From: Vulcanimicrobiota bacterium
Lineage (GTDB): Bacteria; Vulcanimicrobiota; Vulcanimicrobiia; Vulcanimicrobiales; Vulcanimicrobiaceae
Length of the DNA stretch: 64,000 bases
NCBI GenBank assembly: GCA_963695225.1
Contig: OY968762.1
Location: 2,240,001-2,304,000, forward strand
Reading direction: 5' to 3'
Shown here piece by piece: positions 37,545 to 46,705 of the stretch. The notes beneath the pieces were generated by a model. The model saw only the letters and a list, made by a program, of their open reading frames with translations, had not been told where the DNA came from and did no database searches. A program made the translations under genes and the position numbers. Numbering within the stretch: the stretch's first letter is position 1; each line of letters begins with the position of its first letter.

Positions 37545-39065
37545 GTGCACCTCCGCGATCTCCTCGAACGCGGCGCCGGCCGGGATTGGGCGCTCGAAAT
37601 CCCCGGCGGGGTCCGGCTCGAATACGAACGCCTCCGCGCGAACGTCGATGCGCTCGCGCGGGAGCTTGCCCGGCGCGGGATCGGGCCCGGCGATCGGGTC
37701 GCAGCCTCGCTCCCGAACGGGCTGCCGGTCGTGGCCGCGTTCTTCGCGACGGCGTGTGCCCGCGCCGCGTTCGCGCCGCTGAATCCGGCGTACACGCTCG
37801 ACGAGTACGGTTTCTATCTCGAGGACATCGCCCCGCGCGCGATCTTCGTCCCGCCGGGCGACCAGCCGCGCGCGCGAGAGGCGGCGGCGCGCCTCGGCAT
37901 CGTGCCGATCGCGATCGCATTCGACGCCCTGGGGCGCCTGGAGATCGACGGCGAGCCGCTCGCGCCCGCCGCGCCCGAGGCCGTCCCCGGGGATGACGAC
38001 GTTGCGCTCTTCCTGCACACGAGCGGTACGACGAGCCGCCCCAAAGGCGTCCCGCTGACGCATCGCAACCTGTGCGCTTCGGCGCGGAATATCGCGAGTT
38101 GGTACGAGCTCGGCCCGGCCGACGTCTCCTACTGCGTGATGCCGCTGTTCCACGTGCACGGGCTCGTCTTCTCGACGCTTGCGACGCTCATGGGTGGCGG
38201 GAGCGAAATCGTTGCGGAGAGGTTCAGCGCGAGCGCGTTCTGGCCCACCGTCGTCGCGCGCCGCGTCAGCGTGGTGAGCGCGGTGCCGACGATCTATCGA
38301 ACGCTGTTGTTGCGCGCGGACGAAGACGGCGCTCCGCGCGCGGGCGGGCACGCGCTGCGTTTCATGCGTTCGAGCAGCGCCGCGTTGCCGGCCGCGGAGA
38401 TGCTGCGGCTCGAAGAGCGGTTCGGAATCCCCGCGATCGAGGCGTACTCGATGACGGAAGCCGCGCATCAGATGTGCGCCAATCCGCTGCGCGGAGAACG
38501 CCGTCCGGGTTCCGTCGGAACCGGCGCGCACGTCGATGTCGCGATCATGGATGCCGCGGGCGCGCTGCTCCCCTGCGGCGAGACGGGCGAAGTCGTCGTG
38601 CGCGGGGAGAACGTGACGCGCGGTTACCACAACAATGCGGCTGCGAATGCGGAGGCGTTCGCGAACGGCTGGTTCCGAACCGGCGATTCAGGGAGAATCG
38701 ACGCAATGGGCTACCTCACGCTCGTCGGGCGGATCAAAGAACTCATCAATCGCGGCGGGGAGAAGATTTCGCCGCTCGAGATCGACGACGCGCTCTTGGG
38801 GCATCCCGGAGTGATCGAGGCGGTGGCCTTCGGCGTTCCCGACGAGAAATACGGCGAAGCAGTCGCGGCCGCGGCCGTCGTGCGTCCGGGGACGAGCGCG
38901 GAGGATCTGCGCGCGCACGTCGCGTCGCGCGTCGCGAGTTTCAAGGTCCCGAGCGTCGTGCACATCGTCGATGCGATACCGCGCACGCCGACCGGGAAGA
39001 TCCAGCGGAGAATCGTCGCCGCGGCATTCGCGGCGCCCACGGGGGGCTCGAAGCCGGCCGGCTGA
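37545..39065 (+). CDS. Acyl-CoA synthetase, oxalate-CoA ligase-like
   Basis: AAAGGAG RBS then GTG; APLNPAY, LHTSGTTSRPKGVPLTH, MPLFHVHGL, EAYSMTEAAHQM, WFRTGD, KELINRGGEKISP. Confidence 0.88.
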   Translation: MHLRDLLERGAGRDWALEIPGGVRLEYERLRANVDALARELARRGIGPGDRVAASLPNGLPVVAAFFATACARAAFAPLNPAYTLDEYGFYLEDIAPRAIFVPPGDQPRAREAAARLGIVPIAIAFDALGRLEIDGEPLAPAAPEAVPGDDDVALFLHTSGTTSRPKGVPLTHRNLCASARNIASWYELGPADVSYCVMPLFHVHGLVFSTLATLMGGGSEIVAERFSASAFWPTVVARRVSVVSAVPTIYRTLLLRADEDGAPRAGGHALRFMRSSSAALPAAEMLRLEERFGIPAIEAYSMTEAAHQMCANPLRGERRPGSVGTGAHVDVAIMDAAGALLPCGETGEVVVRGENVTRGYHNNAAANAEAFANGWFRTGDSGRIDAMGYLTLVGRIKELINRGGEKISPLEIDDALLGHPGVIEAVAFGVPDEKYGEAVAAAAVVRPGTSAEDLRAHVASRVASFKVPSVVHIVDAIPRTPTGKIQRRIVAAAFAAPTGGSKPAG

Positions 39066-39114
39066 TCTTCCGGCCCCGGCATGGGCGCGTCGCATTCGAA
39101 TCGAAGGCCGGAAC

Positions 39115-39975
39115 ATGGCGTATTCGGCGCGCATCCTGCTCGACAGTCTTTCCCCGGCGGGCGTCCGCCTCACGACGATGGAGGCGCGCTATCCGCGATT
39201 CGTTCATTCGGAGCTGATGACGCATCGCGTCTTTTCGAGGAATGCCGCCAGCTCGCGCGCGATCCCGATCAAGCGCATGATCGCGGCGGTCCGTGAAGAT
39301 CCGGCGATGCCGATCTATTGGGGGAAAAATCAAGCCGGCATGAGCGCTCGCGCGGAAATCTCCGGCGCGGCGCGCGCGCGCGCCGAGAGCGAGTGGCAAC
39401 GAGCGCTCGAGAACGCGCTGGAGAGCGCCGAACGGCTCTCGGATTCCGATATCGATCTGCACAAACAGCTCGTCAACCGCATATTGGAGCCGTTCGCATG
39501 GATCACGGTGATCATCACGGCGACGGAATGGGCGAACTTCTTCACGCAACGCTGTCACCCCGACGCGCAGCCGGAGATCAAGCACATCGCCGACATGATG
39601 CTCGCGGCCTACCGCGCGAGCGTCCCGCAGGTCGTCCCGATCGGCGCTTGGCACTTGCCGCTGATCTTCGACGACGAACGTTCGCTCGACGATGCGCTGC
39701 TCTGCAAACTCTCGGTCGCACGCTGCGCCCGCGTCTCGTATCTGACGCACGAGGGCACGCGCGATCTCGAGAAGGACCTCGAACTTTACGAACGGCTCAT
39801 GAGCGGCGGCGCGAACGGGCATTGGAGCCCGACGGAGCACGTCGCGACGCCGCTGGCGGATCCCGCGGCGACGTCCGGAAACCTGCGCGGGTGGGAGCAG
39901 TACCGCAAGCGCTTCCCCGAGGAACACGCGAGGACGTTCCCCGACCGTCAGGCGGAGTTCGCGGAGTCGCCGTGA
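39115..39975 (+). CDS. thyX: FAD-dependent thymidylate synthase
   Basis: HSELMTHRVFSRNAASSRAIP, HKQLVNRILEPF, AQPEI, SVARCARVSY, HWSPTEH. Confidence 0.85.
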   Translation: MAYSARILLDSLSPAGVRLTTMEARYPRFVHSELMTHRVFSRNAASSRAIPIKRMIAAVREDPAMPIYWGKNQAGMSARAEISGAARARAESEWQRALENALESAERLSDSDIDLHKQLVNRILEPFAWITVIITATEWANFFTQRCHPDAQPEIKHIADMMLAAYRASVPQVVPIGAWHLPLIFDDERSLDDALLCKLSVARCARVSYLTHEGTRDLEKDLELYERLMSGGANGHWSPTEHVATPLADPAATSGNLRGWEQYRKRFPEEHARTFPDRQAEFAESP

Positions 39976-39996
39976 CGCCGCAGAAGCCCGGCTGAC

Positions 39997-41277
39997 GTGG
40001 CGGGAGGCACGGCTCGCGCGGCGGTGCGGCTGCTGCTCGTCGCGTTCCTTATCTTCATCGCGCTCGCCGGAATGCCGCGCATCGCCGCAGCGAGCCCCGC
40101 GCCGTCGTATGCCGATCGTCGCGTCACGGCGATTCCGGCGCACGATCTCTTGACCCGCGCGCCGGCCGACCTCGTCGATCCGCGCCGCCAGGAGTCTGCC
40201 CACCGCCTGCGCCTGCGGACGAGGCCGCTGTATGCGTTCTGGGCGCTCTCTCAGATCGTCGCGCTCGTCCTCCTGTGGCGCCGCGGGACCGCCGCGCGCT
40301 TGCGGGATCGCTTGGCGGGGCTCGGCTCGGTGCACGCGATCCGCTTCGCTTTCGGCTTCGTGCTCACGTGCATCGTCGCGCTCGTCGCCTTGCCGACTGC
40401 GTTCGTGATCTTCCGGCTCGGCATCGAGTTCGGGATCTTGAACGGCCGCATCTCCGAGTGGCTGGGCGACGCGGTCGTGAGCGCGCTGCTCGAAGGCGTC
40501 GCCGCCGGAGCGTTCGTGGTCGCCGTCTTCTGGCTGGTGGACCGTTCGCGCCAATGGTGGATCTATATGACCGTCGCCACCGTCTTGGCGTCGCTCTCGT
40601 TCACCGCGCTCGAGCCGGTCGCCGTCGCGCCGCTGTTCAACCGGATCGCGCCGCTCGCAGCGAGCGATCCGGCTGCGTCCGGCCTGGCTGCTCTGGCGAA
40701 TGCGGCGGGCCTCTCCCAGCCGCACATCGTCGTCGCCGATCTCTCGCGCCGGAACCGGGTTGCGCAGGCCTACGCGGCGGGATTCGGGCCAACGAGCCGC
40801 ATCGTCATCGGCGACACGCAGCTCGCGTTCGCGACGCGCGAGGAAACCGACTTTGTCGCCGCGCGGGAGTTCGTCCACGCCGCGCGCGGCGACGTTTGGC
40901 GGACCTCGCTGTTCCGCACCGTCTTCTTGGTCCTGTGCGCGGCGCTCGCAGTCTTCATCTCCGATCGCGTCGGATTCCGGCGAGACGACGATCCGCTCGT
41001 GCACCTCGTGCTCTCCTTCGGACTGATGGGCGCGATCGTGCTGCTGGCCTCCCCCGTCATGCACTCGTACTCGCGGGGCATCGAGGCGCGCGCCGATCAA
41101 GAGGCGCTCGCGCTCACGGGCGATCCCGCTGCAGCGGTCCGCTCGCTCGTCAGGTTTGCCGACGAAGAGCTGGCGCCGGTTTGCCCGTCGCGGATCGTGC
41201 GCGTGTACTACTACGATCGCGAGCCGGTCGGCTCGCGCATCGCCGCGCTGACGGGCCGCCCCGACCCGTGTCCCTGA
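39997..41277 (+). CDS. M48 (Ste24-like) membrane peptidase homolog with degenerate Zn motif
   Basis: APLFN, AYAAGFGPTSRIVIGD, REFVH in place of HExxH, EARAD. Confidence 0.8.
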   Translation: MAGGTARAAVRLLLVAFLIFIALAGMPRIAAASPAPSYADRRVTAIPAHDLLTRAPADLVDPRRQESAHRLRLRTRPLYAFWALSQIVALVLLWRRGTAARLRDRLAGLGSVHAIRFAFGFVLTCIVALVALPTAFVIFRLGIEFGILNGRISEWLGDAVVSALLEGVAAGAFVVAVFWLVDRSRQWWIYMTVATVLASLSFTALEPVAVAPLFNRIAPLAASDPAASGLAALANAAGLSQPHIVVADLSRRNRVAQAYAAGFGPTSRIVIGDTQLAFATREETDFVAAREFVHAARGDVWRTSLFRTVFLVLCAALAVFISDRVGFRRDDDPLVHLVLSFGLMGAIVLLASPVMHSYSRGIEARADQEALALTGDPAAAVRSLVRFADEELAPVCPSRIVRVYYYDREPVGSRIAALTGRPDPCP

Positions 41278-41286
41278 GAGCGGGAG

Positions 41287-41754
41287 CTAGTCGCTGAACT
41301 CCTGGACGAACACGGCGCCGTAGATGCTCGCGCCGACCACGCCGATGCCGACTTTGCGGTAGCGGGGATCGAGTTCGGCGGCACGGTGCGCCGGACTGTG
41401 GAGCAAGCCGTCCTGCGCGCGCGCCTCGTCTTGGTTGAAGGCGAGATTCTCCCCGGCGCAGGTGTAGTCCAACCGGGCTCGCTGCAAGCGATCGGCGAGC
41501 GACGTCCCCTCGGGCGAGTAGTGGCCGAAATAGCGCCGCGCGAGCATGTCGCGGGCGAAGGCCCGCGCCACCTCCGTCAAGCGAGGATCGAGCGCGAGCG
41601 GGGCGACACCCGCCGCCTGCCGGACGGCATTGACGTCGGCGAGCATCGCGATCTCGTCTTGCGGCCGCCCGTAGAGCGCCGTGACCGGAATCGCCAGTGG
41701 GACCGGCGGGCTTGATGCGACGGCAAGGCCCGCGAGCAGTAAACCCGCGATCAT
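41287..41754 (-). CDS. CAP (SCP-like) domain secreted protein
   Basis: VNAVR, DMLARRYFGH, AGENLA, SPAHRA, VGIG, VQEF; ATGA overlap with pth. Confidence 0.88.
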   Translation of the reverse strand: MIAGLLLAGLAVASSPPVPLAIPVTALYGRPQDEIAMLADVNAVRQAAGVAPLALDPRLTEVARAFARDMLARRYFGHYSPEGTSLADRLQRARLDYTCAGENLAFNQDEARAQDGLLHSPAHRAAELDPRYRKVGIGVVGASIYGAVFVQEFSD

Positions 41755-42320
41755 GCGGGGGCTTGCGGCACCTGCCAAGCGTTAACCTGCTGCATCGCGG
41801 CGGCAATGCCGTCCGTCAGCCAGCATTCCGCACCGTCGGTCGCGGTCGAGAGGACCTCGGGGAGCAGCGCCCATTCGGCTTCTTCGAAGGGCGAGAGGAC
41901 GTGATCGACCGTCTCGAGCCGGCTGCGCCCGATCCCGACGCGCAGGCGGGGAAACCCCTCGCCGAAATACGAGATGATGCTGCGCAAACCGTTGTGCCCG
42001 CCGGATCCGCCCGACGCGCGCATCCGCAGGCGCCCGAACGGGAGGTCCAAGTCGTCGCTGACGACGAGGATCCGTTCCGCCGGAACCTTATACCACGCGG
42101 CGACGCGCTGCAGCGGCGTGCCGCTGTCGTTCATGAACGAGAGCGGCTTCAGCAAGACGAGGTCGCGCGAGGAGAGGTAGGCTTCGGCGGCCTGCCCCTT
42201 CTCGCGCCATGTCGCGCCCGCTCGCCGCGCGAGCTCGTCGGCGACCATGAAGCCGACGTTGTGCCGCGTGCGAGCGTACCGGGGCCCGGGATTCCCGAGG
42301 CCCACGATCAGGCGGGTCAG
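41751..42320 (-). CDS. pth: Peptidyl-tRNA hydrolase
   Basis: LIVGLGNPG, TRHNVGF, KPLSFMN, DDLDL, GGHNG, RLRVGIG; start uncertain (CTG at 42320 or GTG at 42305). Confidence 0.94.
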   Translation of the reverse strand: MTRLIVGLGNPGPRYARTRHNVGFMVADELARRAGATWREKGQAAEAYLSSRDLVLLKPLSFMNDSGTPLQRVAAWYKVPAERILVVSDDLDLPFGRLRMRASGGSGGHNGLRSIISYFGEGFPRLRVGIGRSRLETVDHVLSPFEEAEWALLPEVLSTATDGAECWLTDGIAAAMQQVNAWQVPQAPA

Positions 42321-42322
42321 TC

Positions 42323-42964
42323 TTACGATGCGGTCTCCGCTTCAGCCCCGACGAGCGGGATCTCCGCCGCGCTGACGGACGGCGCCTCTTCCGTTTCCGT
42401 GATCGTACGCGGCGGTTCCACGGTGACGACGAGCGTGTCCGGAGGGGTGAGCAGCGTGAAGCCTTCGGGGAGCGCTATCTCTGCCGCCGTCAGGTGCTCG
42501 CGGATCCCGAGCCCGCTGACGTCGACGTCGATATGATCGGGGACGCGATCGGCGGGGCCGCTGACTTCGAGCGTGCGCGCGACGACGTCGAGGACGCCGG
42601 AGAGATCGCGAACGCCGGGGGAGACGCCGACCGCGACGACCGGCAGCGAGGCCGAGATCGTTTCGGAGGCGCCGATGCGCTGGAGGTCGACCGATATCAG
42701 CGCGTGCGAGAGCGCATCGCGCTCGACGCCCCGCAGCATCGCGGTGTCCGTCGCGCCGTCGATCGTGATCGTGAGCAGATGATTCTTGCCCCCGCGATGC
42801 AACAGTTCGTCCAGCGTCTTGGCATCGACCGCGATCGCCCGCGGCGGCGCGCCGTGGCCGAAGAGCACTCCGGGGACTTTCCCGGCACGCCGCAGGGCGC
42901 GCGCGCTCGTCGTGCCGGCCCGCTCGCGCGTTTCGACCGTCAGCGTTTCGCTGGTATTTTTCAA
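42323..42964 (-). CDS. rplY: 50S ribosomal protein L25/Ctc (long form)
   Basis: ARALRRAGKVPGVLFG, PDHIDVDVSGL; between prs and pth. Confidence 0.93.
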   Translation of the reverse strand: MKNTSETLTVETRERAGTTSARALRRAGKVPGVLFGHGAPPRAIAVDAKTLDELLHRGGKNHLLTITIDGATDTAMLRGVERDALSHALISVDLQRIGASETISASLPVVAVGVSPGVRDLSGVLDVVARTLEVSGPADRVPDHIDVDVSGLGIREHLTAAEIALPEGFTLLTPPDTLVVTVEPPRTITETEEAPSVSAAEIPLVGAEAETAS

Positions 42965-42997
42965 GAAGGGCCTCCTCCGCGCCGGGCGCGGCGTTCG

Positions 42998-44050
42998 TTA
43001 AGTAGCGGTCAGTTCGGGTGCCGGCGTCGGCGGGACCAGCGGCAGCGGAACGCTGACGGAGGCAGCGGCGGCGGGGACGGGCACCGGCTCTTCGTCTTTT
43101 GCGAACAGCTCCGAAACCGACCGGTTCGAGGTGATGCGCTTGATCGCGTCGGCGAGGATCTGTGCGATCGACAGCATCTTGAACTTCGGGCCGAGTGCCA
43201 TGCTCGGCAGCGTGTTCGTGATGACGATCTGCTCGATCACCGAGTCGTTGAGCACGCGGACGGCATCGCCCGCGAAGATTCCGTGCGTCGCGCAGCAGAC
43301 GACCTTCGTCGCGCCGCGGTTCATCAGCGCTTCGGCCGCTTTCGCGAGCGTTCCGCCGGTGGAGATCATGTCGTCGACGACGACGGCGATCTTGCCGCGC
43401 ACGTCGCCGACGATGTCGGTCACTTCGGCGACGTCGGGTTCGGGGCGCCGCTTGAAGACGATCGCGAGCGTGCTCCGCAGGCGTTTTGCGAAGTTCTCGG
43501 CGCGCGCGACGCCGCCGGCATCCGGCGAGACCACGACGATGTCGCCGCCTTGCAGGCCCTGCTGCTTGAGATAGCCGCAGAGCGTCGGCGCCGCGACGAG
43601 ATTGTCGACCGGGAGATCGAAGAAGCCCTGGATCTGCGCCGCGTGGAGATCGACGGTCACGACGCGTTTCGCGCCGGCGACCGCGAGCATGTTCGCGACC
43701 AGCTTGGCCGAGATCGGCTCGCGCCCTTTCGTCTTCTTATCCTGCTTGGCGTACCCGTAATACGGAACGACCGCGGTGATCCGGTAGGCCGAGGCGCGCT
43801 TGAGCGCGTCCATCATCAAGAGCAGTTCCATCAGCGAATCGTTGACGCTGTTGCCCTCGGGCGTGTTGCAGACCGACTGCAGCACGAACACTTCCGCCCC
43901 GCGCACGTTCTCGCGGATTTCGATGCGGCACTCGCCGTTCTTGAACTTGTCGACGAGCGCGTGCCCGACGCGCGTCTCCATGCGCTGAGCGATCTCGCGC
44001 GCGAGCCCGGGATTGGACGTTCCGCTGAAAAGCAGAGGCTTCTGAATCAC
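42998..44050 (-). CDS. prs: Ribose-phosphate pyrophosphokinase
   Basis: FKNGE, PYYGYAKQD, DLHAAQIQGFF, VSPDAGG, VDDMISTGGT; GGAAGGAG RBS then GTG. Confidence 0.97.
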   Translation of the reverse strand: MIQKPLLFSGTSNPGLAREIAQRMETRVGHALVDKFKNGECRIEIRENVRGAEVFVLQSVCNTPEGNSVNDSLMELLLMMDALKRASAYRITAVVPYYGYAKQDKKTKGREPISAKLVANMLAVAGAKRVVTVDLHAAQIQGFFDLPVDNLVAAPTLCGYLKQQGLQGGDIVVVSPDAGGVARAENFAKRLRSTLAIVFKRRPEPDVAEVTDIVGDVRGKIAVVVDDMISTGGTLAKAAEALMNRGATKVVCCATHGIFAGDAVRVLNDSVIEQIVITNTLPSMALGPKFKMLSIAQILADAIKRITSNRSVSELFAKDEEPVPVPAAAASVSVPLPLVPPTPAPELTAT

Positions 44051-44224
44051 GTTGGCGCTCCTTCCACGGGGAGACCGGAGTCTCACGACGAGGGGTAAGG
44101 GAACCGGGTAGGATTTATGGGTTCGCGGAGCGCGGACCGTCTCCCGGTCGCGACGTGGATTAGCTTGCATTCCCGCGCGTGCGGTTCCGAAACGCCGAGA
44201 CGCCTCGGCGGGTTCGAGAGGGAG

Positions 44225-46303
44225 ATGGAGACCTTGGCGGCCGGTCAGCTCCCCGGGCGGTTCGAACTCGTGACGCCGTATGCGCTCGCGGGCGACCAGC
44301 CCGTGGCGACGGAGCGGCTCGCGGCAGGAATCCTGCGGGGCGACCGGGCCCAGACGCTGCTCGGCGTGACGGGGAGCGGCAAGACGCTCGCGATGGCGCG
44401 CACGATCGAACTCGTCCAGAAGCCGACGCTCGTCCTCTGCCACAACAAACTGCTCGCGGCCCAGCTGTGCGCCGAGTTCCGCGATTTCTTCCCGCACAAT
44501 GCGGTCGAGTACTTCGTCTCCTACTTCGACTACTACCAGCCCGAGGCGTACGTGCCGCACACGGACACGTACATCGAGAAGGACAGCTCGATCAACGACG
44601 AGATCGAACGTCTGCGTCACTCGGCGACTCAATCGATCCTAACCCGGCGCGACACGCTCGTCGTCGCTTCGGTTTCGTGCATTTACGGCCTGGGTTCGCC
44701 CGCCGATTACGTGGAGCTCTCGCTGCGCATCGCCGTCGGGGAGGAGCAGGACCGCGACCGGGTCCTGCGCCGGCTCGTCGATATGCAATACCGCCGGAAC
44801 GATCTCAACCTCGTGCGGGGCACGTTCCGGGTGCGCGGAGATACGCTGGAGTTCGTCGGCATCGACGAGGATCTCGTGCACCGCATCGAGTTCTTCGGGG
44901 ACGAGATCGAAGCGATCCACCTCGTCAATCAGATGACGGGCGAGTACGTCGAATCGAAGAGCGAGCTGTTGATCTTCCCCGCGAAGCACTTCATCACGCC
45001 GGAGGAGAAGTTGCGCCGCGCGATCGCCGGGATCGAGCTCGAGCTCGAGGAGCGTTTGCGCTATTTCCGCGACAACGGGAAGCTGCTGGAGGCGCAGCGG
45101 CTCGAAATGCGCACGCGCTACGATCTCGACATGCTGCGCGAAGTCGGCTACTGCAACGGCGTCGAGAACTACTCGCGCCACCTCGCCGGCCGCGAGGCCG
45201 GCTCGACGCCGTGGTGCTTGCTCGACTTCTTCCCTGACGATTGGCTGCTCTTCGTCGACGAGTCGCACGTTTCGATCCCGCAGGCCGGGGGGATGTACGG
45301 TGGAGACCGCTCGCGCAAGGAGATCCTCGTGGAGCACGGCTTCCGGCTCCCGAGCGCGCTCGACAACCGGCCGCTGACGTTCGGCGAGTTCCGCGAGCAC
45401 GTCAAGCAGGTCGTCTACGTTTCCGCGACGCCCGCCGCCTACGAAATCGGAGAATCCACGCAGGTCGTGGAGATGATCATTCGCCCGACGGGGCTCGTCG
45501 ATCCGGAGGTCGAGGTCCGCCCGACGAAGCATCAGGTCGACGATTTGATGGAGGAGATCCGCGCGCGCGCGGCGCGCGGGGAGCGCGTCCTCGTCACGAC
45601 GCTCACGAAGAAGATGGCCGAAGACCTAACGGAGTTCTTGCTGGAGAACGGCCTGCGCGTACGCTATCTGCACAGCGAGATCGAAACGCTCGAGCGCATC
45701 GCGATACTGCGCGACCTGCGCAAGGGACTCTTCGACATCCTGGTCGGGATCAATCTGTTGCGCGAGGGGCTCGACCTCCCGGAGGTTTCGCTCGTCGGCA
45801 TCCTCGACGCGGATAAAGAAGGGTATCTGCGCAGCGGAACGTCGCTGATCCAGACGATCGGGCGCGCGGCCCGCAACGTCGAGGGGAAAGTGATCATGTA
45901 CGCCGACGTCGTCACGCAATCGATGGCGAAAGCGATCGGCGAGACGAAGCGGCGCCGCGAGCGGCAAGTCGCCTTCAATCTGGAGCACGGGATCGAACCG
46001 CACTCGATCCGCAAGGAAGTGCGCGACATTCTGAGCCTGGTCGAGTCGCACGAAGTCGAAGGCTCGAACGCGAAGGCGCTGCGCGGCGAGAAGCTTCCGC
46101 GCGAGGTCGCGACGGCGATGGCGAACGAGATCGAGAAGAAGATGAAGGAAGCCGCCGGCAACCTCGAGTTCGAGAAGGCCGCGGCGCTCCGCGACGAGCT
46201 GCTCGAATTGCGCAAGCAGATCGGCGGAAACGAGAGCATCCTGTTCCAGGGCAAGGCCCCGAAGATTTTCCAGCACGCCCTCAAAGAGCTGATCGGATCC
46301 TAA
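44225..46303 (+). CDS. uvrB: Excinuclease ABC subunit B
   Basis: [48 protein letters not shown] domain. Confidence 0.97.
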   Translation: METLAAGQLPGRFELVTPYALAGDQPVATERLAAGILRGDRAQTLLGVTGSGKTLAMARTIELVQKPTLVLCHNKLLAAQLCAEFRDFFPHNAVEYFVSYFDYYQPEAYVPHTDTYIEKDSSINDEIERLRHSATQSILTRRDTLVVASVSCIYGLGSPADYVELSLRIAVGEEQDRDRVLRRLVDMQYRRNDLNLVRGTFRVRGDTLEFVGIDEDLVHRIEFFGDEIEAIHLVNQMTGEYVESKSELLIFPAKHFITPEEKLRRAIAGIELELEERLRYFRDNGKLLEAQRLEMRTRYDLDMLREVGYCNGVENYSRHLAGREAGSTPWCLLDFFPDDWLLFVDESHVSIPQAGGMYGGDRSRKEILVEHGFRLPSALDNRPLTFGEFREHVKQVVYVSATPAAYEIGESTQVVEMIIRPTGLVDPEVEVRPTKHQVDDLMEEIRARAARGERVLVTTLTKKMAEDLTEFLLENGLRVRYLHSEIETLERIAILRDLRKGLFDILVGINLLREGLDLPEVSLVGILDADKEGYLRSGTSLIQTIGRAARNVEGKVIMYADVVTQSMAKAIGETKRRRERQVAFNLEHGIEPHSIRKEVRDILSLVESHEVEGSNAKALRGEKLPREVATAMANEIEKKMKEAAGNLEFEKAAALRDELLELRKQIGGNESILFQGKAPKIFQHALKELIGS

Positions 46304-46337
46304 GCCGGGCGGGAGACGCCTGGGGCGCCATGGTGGC

Positions 46338-46367
46338 TTGACAGTCGCATTGTAGTAGTGGTACTCG
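46338..46367 (+). promoter_or_regulatory. Sigma70-type promoter upstream of the Cys leader/tRNA-Cys unit
   Basis: Perfect TTGACA at 46338-46343; weaker -10 region TGGTACTCG at 46359-46367; locally AT-rich. Confidence 0.6.
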
Positions 46368-46377
46368 TTAGCTCGAT

Positions 46378-46461
46378 ATGATTGCTTCGAGCGAGATCTG
46401 CCGAGTCGCGTGTTCGTGTTGTTGCGTCCTTGAAAGGCCGGCTTGCATCTGCGCGTTCTGA
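46378..46461 (+). CDS. Cys-rich leader peptide (27 aa, 7 Cys)
   Basis: MIASSEICRVACSCCCVLERPACICAF*; TGT TCG TGT TGT TGC cluster at 46411-46425; overlaps the antiterminator arm. Confidence 0.78.
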   Translation: MIASSEICRVACSCCCVLERPACICAF

Positions 46462-46494
46462 TCGCTCATGAGCGGAACCTGAAGCAAGCCGTCC
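46436..46494 (+). promoter_or_regulatory. Antiterminator hairpin (alternative to the terminator)
   Basis: CGGCTTGC (46439-46446) is the exact reverse complement of GCAAGCCG (46484-46491), which overlaps the terminator 5' arm; inner GTTC/GAAC and CGCT/AGCG pairs. Confidence 0.72.
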
Positions 46495-46517
46495 GGCCAC
46501 CGGACGGTTTTTTGTTT
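46486..46517 (+). terminator. Intrinsic terminator (attenuator) immediately upstream of tRNA-Cys
   Basis: AAGCCGTCCGG-CCA-CCGGACGG followed by TTTTTTGTTT. Confidence 0.85.
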
Positions 46518-46527
46518 GTGGAATCGT

Positions 46528-46598
46528 GGCGGCGTAGCCAAGTGGTAAGGCAGGAGACTGCAAATCTCTGACCGTGGGTTCGAATCCCGCCGTCGCCT
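46528..46598 (+). tRNA. tRNA-Cys (GCA), CCA not encoded
   Basis: Acceptor GGCGGCG/CGTCGCC plus U73; D arm GCC-AAGTGGTAA-GGC; anticodon stem GGAGA-CTGCAAA-TCTCT (GCA at 46560-46562); T arm GTGGG-TTCGAAT-CCCGC. Confidence 0.97.
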
Positions 46599-46705
46599 CG
46601 TAACGCCCATCGGATGCCGGAGCGCGGCCTCGGCAGCAAGCAGTTGGACGGCATCGCGCCGCGGGGCCGACCCCGGCGCGCAGACGTGCGAGCGGGATTG
46701 CAGGT

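Noticed and set aside
44051..44224. LexA/SOS box upstream of uvrB (and likewise uvrA)
   Set aside because: No GAAC-N4-GTTC or CTGT-N8-ACAG match found
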